Shown: positions 17,813 to 25,911 of the stretch, in pieces
How the letters are laid out: each line of letters starts with the position of its first letter
Position numbering within the stretch: position 1 is the stretch's first letter
Virus record (IMG/VR): IMGVR_UViG_3300025121_000013
Direction: 5' to 3' (one strand)
Source of the DNA: a virus
Lineage: Duplodnaviria; Caudoviricetes
Length of the DNA stretch: 64,000 bases
Notes under the pieces: model-generated
Databases searched by the model: none
The model's input: the letters and a program-made list of their open reading frames with translations, nothing else
Told to the model about the DNA's origin: nothing
Position numbers and translations under genes: made by a program

Positions 17813-18429
17813 ATTAAAACCACTCCGAAAACTATCCCCTGAATGAAGCCATATATAACTTCAGATTGACTCCATTTATTATCCATGTGTGGATATTTAG
17901 GAATATTGATTAAACAAGGAATATTAACGCTAATCGGAAAAGATATACTTAAAATAAAAATATATATTAAATATATTGGGCTTAAAATTAAAAATGGTAT
18001 AAAAGGGGGAACCCAAAAATATAAACCTCTAATAAATAATGCTACATTTGCATACAAAAGATAATTTTTTTCATGAGAAATAAAAACTTCTGTGATTTGA
18101 GAAATGCCATCACAAATTCTATATCCAAAAAAGTTTCCACAGCTTTTTTCTGGATTATAATTTTTTGGATCTTTATCGATAATCGTTGCAATCCATGTTC
18201 CCCATCCAAACGACTCACCGATTTTATATAAGATATAACCAATAAATTCACAAAAGAAAATATTCCAATGAGTTTTAAAATATAAAATTATCCCAATAGA
18301 AATTCCAATTCCTAATTTTGCAAATGTGTCCATTTCTATTTCTTGAACTTTAATATCAGAGCCACGTACCCTATGTAAAAAACTAAATACAATTCCTATA
18401 AAAATCACAATGAAAAATTTAATTATCAT
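17809..18429 (-). CDS. Multi-pass membrane protein
   Basis: Several hydrophobic helices. Confidence 0.65.
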   Translation of the reverse strand: MIIKFFIVIFIGIVFSFLHRVRGSDIKVQEIEMDTFAKLGIGISIGIILYFKTHWNIFFCEFIGYILYKIGESFGWGTWIATIIDKDPKNYNPEKSCGNFFGYRICDGISQITEVFISHEKNYLLYANVALFIRGLYFWVPPFIPFLILSPIYLIYIFILSISFPISVNIPCLINIPKYPHMDNKWSQSEVIYGFIQGIVFGVVLM

Positions 18430-18432
18430 TTT

Positions 18433-18822
18433 TTAAAATTTATCTTTGATTATTGAACTAATCATTTTTCCATCCGCTTTTGTTCCAAAATGATTTTTAA
18501 TAATTCCAATAGCTTGCATTTTATTTTTCAAAGAACTAAAATCAATATGATTTGAAATCCACATTAATAATTCTTCTTCAGATATAGGTTGAGGTATGTA
18601 CTGTTTTAAAATTGAAATATAAACTTCATCTGGCACTGGAAACTTTTTTGCATCATCAGCCATTTTATTTAAAAGATTTATTATTCTTTGATCTTCGATT
18701 TCTTTTTTTGTATCTATTCTTGCCAATTCTCCCATTATAATAATCAATACATTTTTCTTTATTTCATCTTTTTCTTTTCTAGCTTTTTGAAGGTCGGCTT
18801 TTATTTTCTGTTGAATTGTCAT
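18433..18822 (-). CDS. GatB/YqeY domain protein
   Basis: MTIQQKIKADLQKARKEKDEIKKNVL..LKQYIP..MGII pattern. Confidence 0.75.
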   Translation of the reverse strand: MTIQQKIKADLQKARKEKDEIKKNVLIIIMGELARIDTKKEIEDQRIINLLNKMADDAKKFPVPDEVYISILKQYIPQPISEEELLMWISNHIDFSSLKNKMQAIGIIKNHFGTKADGKMISSIIKDKF

Positions 18823-19619
18823 TTAGTTAGAGGAAGATTACAAATTAAACCGATTTGTCTAATCATTTCTGATATTTCTAAAACAGGAATATTTAAAATT
18901 TTCGAAATTTCTTCCCTCTTTTTCTCTTCAAAAAAGATATAATTTATAATTTGTTTTTGACTTTCAGTCAATTTTTCAAGATTTGGTTTAACATTAGATT
19001 CATAAACTTCTCCTGGATGAAAGGATAAAAGTTGAAAATTAGGATATAATTTTTTAAAAGAAACATCTAGAGTTCTACAGAGGTGAAGAATGACATTCTT
19101 ATAACAATATTTATTAATATTTTTCATATGAATTGGAGAAACATTTCCATTCATTATACTTCTCAACGTAGAATATGACAATCCAGTCCCTTTCATGATG
19201 TCTTCTATTCGAGATCCATAAAGAGAATAACAAAATTCTTCAACTTTATTTTCAAAATGCCAACGAGTTCTTTCATTTTTTTCTTTAACCATACTAATAG
19301 GAATTGGAATTGGTTCAGGAATTGTAGTTGAAGGTGGAATTTCCGGAACAATATTTTTTGTTTTAAGTTTTTCTGCTAGAGGAACGATCATATCCAATTC
19401 TTTTTTATGTTTATCCATATAAAATTTATAAATAAATTCAGGAGAAATGCCGAAATATTTTGAAAGTTTAAGAACTCCACAGGTACTAAATTCTACATCG
19501 TCATTTAAAGCTGCTGTGAGGCCTTTTACAGTTCCAAAAAGGTGTTTGGCCATTTCTTCAATTGAAATATTATTTGGTTTCAAAAAACATTCGATGATCA
19601 TCTCTCCTATTGAGTACAT
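18819..19619 (-). CDS. Multi-HTH regulator (HigA-like N-terminus, central HTH, sigma-r4-like C-terminus)
   Basis: GEMIIECFLKPNNIS..LSKYFGISPEF; DIMKGTGLSYSTL; LTESQKQII..EEISKILNI. Confidence 0.6.
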   Translation of the reverse strand: MYSIGEMIIECFLKPNNISIEEMAKHLFGTVKGLTAALNDDVEFSTCGVLKLSKYFGISPEFIYKFYMDKHKKELDMIVPLAEKLKTKNIVPEIPPSTTIPEPIPIPISMVKEKNERTRWHFENKVEEFCYSLYGSRIEDIMKGTGLSYSTLRSIMNGNVSPIHMKNINKYCYKNVILHLCRTLDVSFKKLYPNFQLLSFHPGEVYESNVKPNLEKLTESQKQIINYIFFEEKKREEISKILNIPVLEISEMIRQIGLICNLPLTK

Positions 19620-19935
19620 TTGTTGCCTTTCTTTTCTAGCTTTTGAACATCAACTTTTATATCTTGTTGGATCGACATATCAACCTTTCAAATCAGATCT
19701 GATTTGACAAAATTTAGTTTTAAGAAAAGATTTAAAGGTTATTTAATTTTTCCTTTTTGTGATTTCATTCTATTTGATAAATCTATAAGATCTGACCATT
19801 CGCTGTTATTTTGTTCTGGCTCTTCTTTTGGGGTTTTTCCCCAATCAATATTATCATAGTTATCTCTATATTTTTTTGAGACCGCCTTATGATCTTTAGA
19901 CATTAAGTTTTCCATGGTTTATTTTCCTTTATCTA

Positions 19936-20574
19936 TTATTTTTTATAATAGTGTTTTTGTTGAATATATTTTAAAACTTTAGGTAATGACATAAAAGGTG
20001 TCTCACATTTAGAAGAATAATATCTTATCATATTTACACAGCCCTCATTTGTTTTTGGATTAATTATAAGAGAATATGAGCCACCTTGTGATAATGTTTC
20101 TTCCATAATATGAAATACAATAATTTCATGTTCAAAATCATACATGTCATCTTCAAAAGGAATCATAAAAGGTAGAATTGTCTTTAAGCCATTTTCAACC
20201 TTTTTTAATTGTTCATCATCATTTTTATTTAAACAAATCTCGATAGCAACTTGTTTTATTTTAGGAAAATAACCCATTGTTTTTAAACCTAAATCTGAAA
20301 GATATGTTTCTAATTCTTTGCGGAAAGGACTATTTCCACAATCGTTTACGGATAATAAGGCTTTCCAATCAGGCCCATTCAATTTCATGTCTTCTTTTTT
20401 TAAGTTAACTTTTTTAAGAAGTAAAGCTTCTTTTTCTTTTTTATATTTTTCGATAATTTTATTAAATGGCTTCATTAATTTATATAAAGGTTTTATATTT
20501 TCATCATGAACTTTTTTAGAAAGTAAATCTAGTTCTTCGATCTGTTTATCTATTTCCTCATATTTTTCTTCCAT
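19936..20574 (-). CDS. Hypothetical coiled-coil protein
   Basis: The real start is probably MEEKY; the track's N-terminal extension is the adjacent tRNA. Confidence 0.65.
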   Translation of the reverse strand: MEEKYEEIDKQIEELDLLSKKVHDENIKPLYKLMKPFNKIIEKYKKEKEALLLKKVNLKKEDMKLNGPDWKALLSVNDCGNSPFRKELETYLSDLGLKTMGYFPKIKQVAIEICLNKNDDEQLKKVENGLKTILPFMIPFEDDMYDFEHEIIVFHIMEETLSQGGSYSLIINPKTNEGCVNMIRYYSSKCETPFMSLPKVLKYIQQKHYYKK

Positions 20575-20606
20575 AAAGAAGTCCTTTCTTTTTTTGTTTT
20601 GAAAAA

Positions 20607-20691
20607 TGCCGATGGAAGGATTCGAACCTTCATGATGGGAACTCACATCAGGGTGGCCAAGCCGAGCGTCTTCCATTTTCGCCACATCGGC
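20607..20691 (-). tRNA. Atypical type-II tRNA with a Leu-like body and an aberrant anticodon arm
   Basis: Perfect acceptor GCCGATG/CATCGGC with discriminator A, D-arm, T-arm GAAGG-TTCGAAT-CCTTC and a long variable arm. The anticodon stem does not pair canonically. Confidence 0.7.
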
Positions 20692-20697
20692 ATATGA

Positions 20698-20787
20698 TGG
20701 TGCCTAAGACGGGAGTCGAACCCGTACAGGGATTTCTCCACCGAGGGATTTTAAGTCCCTTGCGTCTACCAGTTCCGCCACTCAGGC
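20698..20787 (-). tRNA. tRNA-Leu(TAA), CCA encoded
   Basis: Cloverleaf with long variable arm; anticodon loop CTTAAAA. Confidence 0.95.
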
Positions 20788-20832
20788 ACATTGAACTCAT
20801 TTCACTGCCTTAAACTAATGCAACGTATTCTT

Positions 20833-21549
20833 TTAAGTGGCTATATATAATTGATCAATACCTTCCGAAAGAAGTCTAATCAATTTATCCTTTGGAATTG
20901 CATAGCGTTCTCTCATTGATTTATAAACTTTTTCTGTTTCCTCAATGTAAGCTTTCACAAAATTTTTATAAAATTCTTTAAAGGTTGGATCATTGGCTAT
21001 AATATCTTTGGTTTGAATATATGTAGAGTCCTCATAATGCAACATATGGTTTTTTTCATGTTTGAAATTTGTATCAAAAGAATTAATATTTTCAAGCTTT
21101 TTAAATGCCAATTTATCAAAGATACAAAATGTGGAATTTTGCTTTAAAACAATATAAACATGTTTATCACTTCCAACTGAAATATTTGTTTGAATTAATG
21201 CACTTTTGCCTTCTTTTGATAAAGTCGCTGCATTTAAAAAATCATTGAAAATTTGATCAAATTTTTTCGTAATATTTTCTAATTGTATATAGCTTCGCCT
21301 TAGTTCTTTATTATTATTTAACCAAATAACATGTTTTTCATTTTTTCCTTTATGAGAATCTTCCCAGAAATAATGAACCCAGCCCCAAGGAATTCCTTTT
21401 AATGTCATAGATTTTTCATCTATAATATCTTCTTCTAAAATTTGTCTAAAGACTCTTTGTGTTAATTGTCTATTCCCAATTAAAATGGTTTTCACACTAA
21501 CCGTTGTTGTTGTAACAGATATTTTTTCCATCTCGAGATCCCTTTTCAT
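20833..21549 (-). CDS. Phage hypothetical protein
   Basis: 238-aa ORF. Confidence 0.65.
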   Translation of the reverse strand: MKRDLEMEKISVTTTTVSVKTILIGNRQLTQRVFRQILEEDIIDEKSMTLKGIPWGWVHYFWEDSHKGKNEKHVIWLNNNKELRRSYIQLENITKKFDQIFNDFLNAATLSKEGKSALIQTNISVGSDKHVYIVLKQNSTFCIFDKLAFKKLENINSFDTNFKHEKNHMLHYEDSTYIQTKDIIANDPTFKEFYKNFVKAYIEETEKVYKSMRERYAIPKDKLIRLLSEGIDQLYIAT

Positions 21550-21790
21550 AATCTTTTTTTGAATTTTCTAAAATAAAATTTTTAACTTCTTTTATCAATT
21601 TTCTAACATCATTTTTATCAAAATCAAAAGTTGTAAAGACGCATATCAGATATGAATTATCAGAGAATATTATTTTTCCAATACTAGACTCACTTAAATT
21701 TTTTCTTTTGTCTATGTAAAGAAAAAGATCTACAATTTCTTTTAACGTCATGTCTATAAATAAATGATTCATAATCAAAACATGTTCCAT
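21497..21790 (-). CDS. Hypothetical protein
   Basis: ORF downstream of tRNA-Ser. Confidence 0.5.
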   Translation of the reverse strand: MEHVLIMNHLFIDMTLKEIVDLFLYIDKRKNLSESSIGKIIFSDNSYLICVFTTFDFDKNDVRKLIKEVKNFILENSKKDYEKGSRDGKNICYNNNG

Positions 21791-21817
21791 GGCGATCCCT
21801 TTCTTTGGGATTTTATG

Positions 21818-21905
21818 TGGCGGAGGGTGTAGGATTCGAACCTACGGTGGCTTTCACCACAACGGTTTTCAAGACCGCCGCTTTCGTCCTCTCAGCCAAC
21901 CCTCC
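21818..21905 (-). tRNA. tRNA-Ser(TGA), CCA encoded
   Basis: Acceptor GGAGGGT/ACCCTCC with discriminator G; anticodon loop CTTGAAA; long variable arm. Confidence 0.95.
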
Positions 21906-21909
21906 TTGA

Positions 21910-21983
21910 TGGCGGTGCCTGGATTCGAACCAGGGATCCCTCGATTATCGGTCGAGTGCTCTACCAGGCTGAGCTACACCGCC
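21910..21983 (-). tRNA. tRNA-Ile(GAT) with C33, CCA not encoded
   Basis: Cloverleaf; anticodon loop CCGATAA. Confidence 0.92.
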
Positions 21984-21998
21984 TTAGACAAAAATTCT

Positions 21999-22216
21999 TT
22001 ATTTTCCAACAAGTATCTTTTTTAATTTTTTTAATGAACTTTTATGTATTTTTTGAACTCTTTGAAATGATATCCCCATTTTGTTCGCTATTTCTCTTAA
22101 ACTTAAGTTTTCAAAATATAAAAAGTATACCACTTGTTTTTGTCGATCATTTAAACGGTTTAAAAGTTGTTCAATATCAATATCAATATCATTATCAACA
22201 TCTTTTTCCCTCTCAC
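21999..22216 (-). pseudogene. Stand-alone sigma-70 region 4 HTH protein, one base short in an A5 run near the start
   Basis: DIEQLLNRLNDRQKQVVYFLYFENLSLREIANKMGISFQRVQKIHKSSLKKLK. A GTG start overlapping the upstream TGA is in frame if one A is added at 22203-22207. Confidence 0.7.
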
Positions 22217-22653
22217 TCTTTTAAAAAATAATACGATAATATAGTATTATATACATGCCTATTTGGGGCGTAACGTTTAAAAAAGAATTGATCATCGCCA
22301 TTAAATATTTTTGAAATTGCGGCTGCGACTCCAGCGGATCTAGAAATTCCAGCATCGCATTGACATAATAAAAAATTATCTTCGTTTATAAAATCAAGTA
22401 TTGTTTTAGCTAAATTTTTATCAAAAAGAATTATTTTTCTTTTTAGTTTTTTCTCTATTTCTTCCTCATCAATTTTTTTCATTGGGTCTAGATCATCAAA
22501 AAATATTTGTAACATTCTTTGTCTAAATTTATTTTCAGGATATATTATATGTTTATCCCCAGGGGTCGAAATTGATATAATATCATGAGGAATTGAAATA
22601 TTATCTTCAGTTATTTTATTAACCTCTCTTCTCCCTAAAACTAAGATCTTCAT
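22213..22653 (-). CDS. Protein-tyrosine/dual-specificity phosphatase-like protein
   Basis: Cx5R loop CDAGISRS; IISIS, FDDL and PNRHV motifs. Confidence 0.8.
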   Translation of the reverse strand: MKILVLGRREVNKITEDNISIPHDIISISTPGDKHIIYPENKFRQRMLQIFFDDLDPMKKIDEEEIEKKLKRKIILFDKNLAKTILDFINEDNFLLCQCDAGISRSAGVAAAISKIFNGDDQFFFKRYAPNRHVYNTILSYYFLKE

Positions 22654-22671
22654 AAATGTTCTCTTCTTATC

Positions 22672-23049
22672 TTAATTATTAAGTTCATGAATATGTATAT
22701 CTATTTCTTTGTACCTAATTTTTTCTTTTCCATTTTTTAAAATATTTTTTGTTCCTTTCATAATTAAATACATTTGTTCATTTTTTGGGACATCGGGGTA
22801 TGTAAATTTATCAATTACATTACACCCACATGTCTTTGGCTCTTCAAATAAAATTAACTGTTTATTTTCGTCTAAAATATATATTGAATGATTATCATTT
22901 TCTCCGATCTTAAATTCAACTATTTCAATTCTTTTTTCAATTGAAGAAGAATTCTTCACCCTATAACCAGAGAGAGCATTATATTCCAAACTAAGAATCC
23001 CTAATACAAAAAATACAATCAAAACCTTAAAGATAAAACTTTTTGCCAT
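22672..23049 (-). CDS. Exported or membrane-anchored hypothetical protein
   Basis: Signal-like N-terminus. Confidence 0.6.
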   Translation of the reverse strand: MAKSFIFKVLIVFFVLGILSLEYNALSGYRVKNSSSIEKRIEIVEFKIGENDNHSIYILDENKQLILFEEPKTCGCNVIDKFTYPDVPKNEQMYLIMKGTKNILKNGKEKIRYKEIDIHIHELNN

Positions 23050-23100
23050 CAGAGGCCGCCTTTCTTTTCAAAGATGAAAAACTATAGTTTTGAAATTAAT

Positions 23101-23175
23101 TGGAGCCGGTGGAGGGATTTGAACCCACGGCTTGCTGATTACAGATCAGCTGCTCTGCCACTGAGCTACACCGGC
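23101..23175 (-). tRNA. tRNA-Thr(TGT) with C33, CCA encoded
   Basis: Acceptor GCCGGTG/CACCGGC; anticodon loop TCTGTAA; one T-stem mismatch. Confidence 0.92.
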
Positions 23176-23183
23176 TCTTGACT

Positions 23184-23915
23184 CTATTTCACTGCCTTAA
23201 ATTCATTTAATGAATTCAATCGATATTTGACATTTGGAAGAAGGCCATCTTCTCCAATATAGCCAACTTTAATTCTTTTTCTATTATTTTTATAATAAGA
23301 TATTTGAATTATTCCGCAATCTCCTGCGGTAGCAGTTCCGCAATATCCTGCGGTAGCGGTTCCGTAATCTCCTGCGGTAGCAGTTCCGCCATTTCCTGCG
23401 GTAGCGGTTCCGTCATCTCCTGCGGTAGCGGTTCCGCCATCTCCTGCGGTAGCGGTTCCGTCATCTCCTGCGGTAGCGGTTCCGCCATCTCCTGCGGTAG
23501 CGGTTCCGTTATCTCCTGCGGTAGCGATTCCGTTATCTCCTGCGGTAGCGATTTCATTGTCTCCGGCAACATAAGTCGCGCCAATGATCGGCTGACCATT
23601 TTTTACGAATTTCTTCATGAATTCTGTGGAATGAAAACGATCTCCGACAAAGAGAACCTTAACCTCTTCAGATTTTGCTTTCCCATCAAATTCAATGCAA
23701 GATGTCGTTTGAAGAACAATCCATTTAGCGGTTAGATCCCAATTCAACCAAGAGGGGTTTCCTTGCCCATTCTTTAAAAAATAAAGTCCTCCAGTACATC
23801 TCGGATTAGGATCCCAATTTAAACACTTTACTTTTCCTTGCATTGGCCATTGAAAATTATCTCTAGAAATCATGTTTTCTGGGCATGTTCTTAACCCGTA
23901 GATGTACTTCGGCAT
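23184..23915 (-). CDS. Phage protein with ATAGDxGT octapeptide repeats
   Basis: Globular N-terminus (WDPNPRCTGGL), about 11 8-aa repeats, and a C-terminal GYIGEDGL..NVKY. Confidence 0.75.
   Translation of the reverse strand: MPKYIYGLRTCPENMISRDNFQWPMQGKVKCLNWDPNPRCTGGLYFLKNGQGNPSWLNWDLTAKWIVLQTTSCIEFDGKAKSEEVKVLFVGDRFHSTEFMKKFVKNGQPIIGATYVAGDNEIATAGDNGIATAGDNGTATAGDGGTATAGDDGTATAGDGGTATAGDDGTATAGNGGTATAGDYGTATAGYCGTATAGDCGIIQISYYKNNRKRIKVGYIGEDGLLPNVKYRLNSLNEFKAVK
23322..23570. repeat. 24-bp coding tandem repeat
   Basis: CTCCTGCGGTAGCGGTTCCG(C/T)CAT-like units. Confidence 0.9.
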
Positions 23916-23969
23916 TCTCTTTCTCCCTTTAACGTATTCTTTAAAATATATATGTTCTATAAAAGTTAA

Positions 23970-24839
23970 TTAATCAATTAACTTTATTTTTTGTTTTTTA
24001 TTTAAAATACTTTGTATGATAATTCCTGTTAGATCATCCATAGTTAATTTTGAAGGATCATTCTCAGGAGAACTAATTAAATTTCTTCTATATATCCATC
24101 CGGGTTCAAGAGATGAAATTTTTGTAAAAATGTCATTCCCTCGAATATTTTTTAATGAGATTGTATATTTAATAAAATTATCTGTTAATTTAGAAATTAA
24201 AATATCAGGATTATATAGTTTTCTAATTACCGGCATTATGCCATAAAATTCACTTGAGATTTGACATATTTTTATATTTTGTTCTTTGATAACAATTGTA
24301 TTTTTTAACGCATAGGGTCTTAAAATACTTTTATATTTTTTCTTAATTGAGGCGAACATTTCAAATCCAGATATTGAACTAAAAACATCTTGTTCTTCAT
24401 CAATGATTCTTCGTAAAACATAAAGCCCTTTTTCAAATGCCATTTTATTATCATTTTTATATTTTATTAATACTCCAGAAATTATATCAGTCAACATGGG
24501 AAATTTAACTTTTCCATAATTCGTAAAACCTCTTGGACCTTTTGTCTCAAGAATATTTATATATTCTACAATATCTTTAAGATGTTTTGGGCATCCTTTA
24601 TATTTCCACGCTTGCATTGAAGCGGTTTCAGTAATTCCATTTCCATGATGATCCCAACAATTTAAATCTGTTCGTCCAGAATATTCATGTGTGCATTCTA
24701 TGCAACAAATTTCTTTATCTAAAATATCTTTTGTAGGAACTTTATTTGAAAAAATAATTTTATTATGATCTTGGAGTTCAAGACAAATGTATGTAATTAA
24801 AACATCCAAGTCTATCTTTTTCGAAACATAGATATACAT
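23970..24839 (-). CDS. DHH-family phosphoesterase-like protein
   Basis: IDLD, WDHH and ETAS motifs in DHH order; DHHA1-like C-terminus. Confidence 0.55.
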   Translation of the reverse strand: MYIYVSKKIDLDVLITYICLELQDHNKIIFSNKVPTKDILDKEICCIECTHEYSGRTDLNCWDHHGNGITETASMQAWKYKGCPKHLKDIVEYINILETKGPRGFTNYGKVKFPMLTDIISGVLIKYKNDNKMAFEKGLYVLRRIIDEEQDVFSSISGFEMFASIKKKYKSILRPYALKNTIVIKEQNIKICQISSEFYGIMPVIRKLYNPDILISKLTDNFIKYTISLKNIRGNDIFTKISSLEPGWIYRRNLISSPENDPSKLTMDDLTGIIIQSILNKKQKIKLID

Positions 24840-24871
24840 AACATACCTCTTCTCGTTAAAGATTCTTTTTT

Positions 24872-25006
24872 GACATACCCGTTGTTTCTTCCATTGAGGT
24901 ATACAACGGGAAAAATACCTATGTTTGGCCCAGGGAATTAAGAGGAAGTGATGGGAGGCTTAATCCCCTGACAGATGGAAGACCCTGCTACATGAACATC
25001 CTCCCT
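24872..25006 (-). ncRNA. Structured RNA-like element, copy 1
   Basis: Five complementary helix pairs; a G.U wobble favours the minus strand. Confidence 0.65.
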
Positions 25007-25019
25007 AATTTTGATTTTT

Positions 25020-25147
25020 GACATACCCGTTGTTTCTTCCATTGAGGTATACAACGGGAAAAATACCTTTAGGATAGGGAATCAAGAATTCGTCTTGGGA
25101 GGCTTGATTCCCTTCAGATGGAAGACCCTGGCCATGTGTTCCTCCCT
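25020..25147 (-). ncRNA. Structured RNA-like element, copy 2
   Basis: Shares an identical 54-bp block with copy 1 and shows compensatory changes in the long stem. Confidence 0.65.
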
Positions 25148-25213
25148 TAGATTTTTAAAGTTTTCTTTTTTTTCTAAATTGATTAGAAATAAAAAAAATA
25201 AAATTCAACCTTT

Positions 25214-25236
25214 CTCATTTATTAATATATATAGTT
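25214..25236 (-). promoter_or_regulatory. AACTATATATATTAATAAATGAG motif (putative early promoter)
   Basis: Identical to 15015 and 46679. Confidence 0.65.
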
Positions 25237-25272
25237 AATAAAAGAAAAATTAAAAGAATCTATAAATATGAA

Positions 25273-25286
25273 AGAACAAATTTAAA
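25273..25286 (+). promoter_or_regulatory. AGAACAAA-W-TAAA motif (putative late promoter)
   Basis: Recurrent upstream of plus-strand blocks. Confidence 0.5.
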
Positions 25287-25314
25287 ATTGGAATATATTT
25301 AAGAAAGGAAAAAT

Positions 25315-25911
25315 ATGGATAGGGGATATTTTAATAAAGAAGATTATAAAAAATGGTTGGATAAAATAGAAAAAATTTTACAAAAAAATATGACGGAAAG
25401 AGGATTTTTATTTTGGAAAGGCTTGAATGAAAAAATTCCAATGATATGGCATAGACCAGTTTCTTCATCTTTTAAATATCATCAAAAAGAAGATCTTAGA
25501 ATTCCAACAATTGCTGAACATGTTTTTGAAATGATATATGCGGCAGTTCCTATTTTAGGAAGTATAAATATAAAATCAAAAACAGAAGATTGTGACACTA
25601 TTCTTTTAGCTATTCTTTTACATGATGGTTTTAAATATGGAAAAACTCCTGACGAATCTAAATTTACAAATAAGCAACATGATAGAATTGTAGCAGATTT
25701 TATAGGAAAAAATAAATTGATTTTTGAACAATTATTTCAAAGCTCTAAAATTGAAATATTAGAAGAAATTGTTAGGTATCATTCTGGACCGTGGTCTCCT
25801 GATGCTAAAAAAGATTTTTGTTTTTCAAATGTTCATCCGTATGTGATGTTTGTTCATTTATTAGATAATTTAAGTTGTAAAAATTTGTTAAAAAATGGAG
25901 AATATGAATGA
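25315..25911 (+). CDS. HD-domain phosphohydrolase/exonuclease
   Basis: EHV..ILLHDGFKYG..H..YHSGPW..VHLLDNL. Confidence 0.82.
   Translation: MDRGYFNKEDYKKWLDKIEKILQKNMTERGFLFWKGLNEKIPMIWHRPVSSSFKYHQKEDLRIPTIAEHVFEMIYAAVPILGSINIKSKTEDCDTILLAILLHDGFKYGKTPDESKFTNKQHDRIVADFIGKNKLIFEQLFQSSKIEILEEIVRYHSGPWSPDAKKDFCFSNVHPYVMFVHLLDNLSCKNLLKNGEYE

Noticed and set aside
16941-22025. ORF-track extensions or ORFs over tRNAs (to 17426, to 20685, and 21789..22025)
   Set aside because: These are translations of tRNA sequence; downstream RBS and start codons explain the real genes.
23304-23735. Alternative-frame ORFs with ISCGS or PQE repeats
   Set aside because: They are shadows of the 24-bp repeat within the 23184..23915 gene.
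24870-25050. Sigma70 promoters at the TTGACA in each repeat
   Set aside because: There is no -10 hexamer at 16-18 nt spacing.
25070-25135. Cobalamin riboswitch (ATAGGGAA and GGAAGACCCTG look-alikes)
   Set aside because: The T-loop, GCAACUG and GCCACUG core elements are missing, AGGGAA is locked in a full stem, and the wobble pair favours the opposite strand.
24867-25147. CRISPR array or mini-array
   Set aside because: There are only two units, the 'spacers' are homologous and structured, and no cas genes are present.
24872-25147. HDV-like (theta), hammerhead, twister or pistol ribozyme
   Set aside because: The helix order and catalytic consensus (P3/L3 with P1.1 GG, CUGANGA/GAAA) could not be fitted by eye; an Infernal search is still needed.
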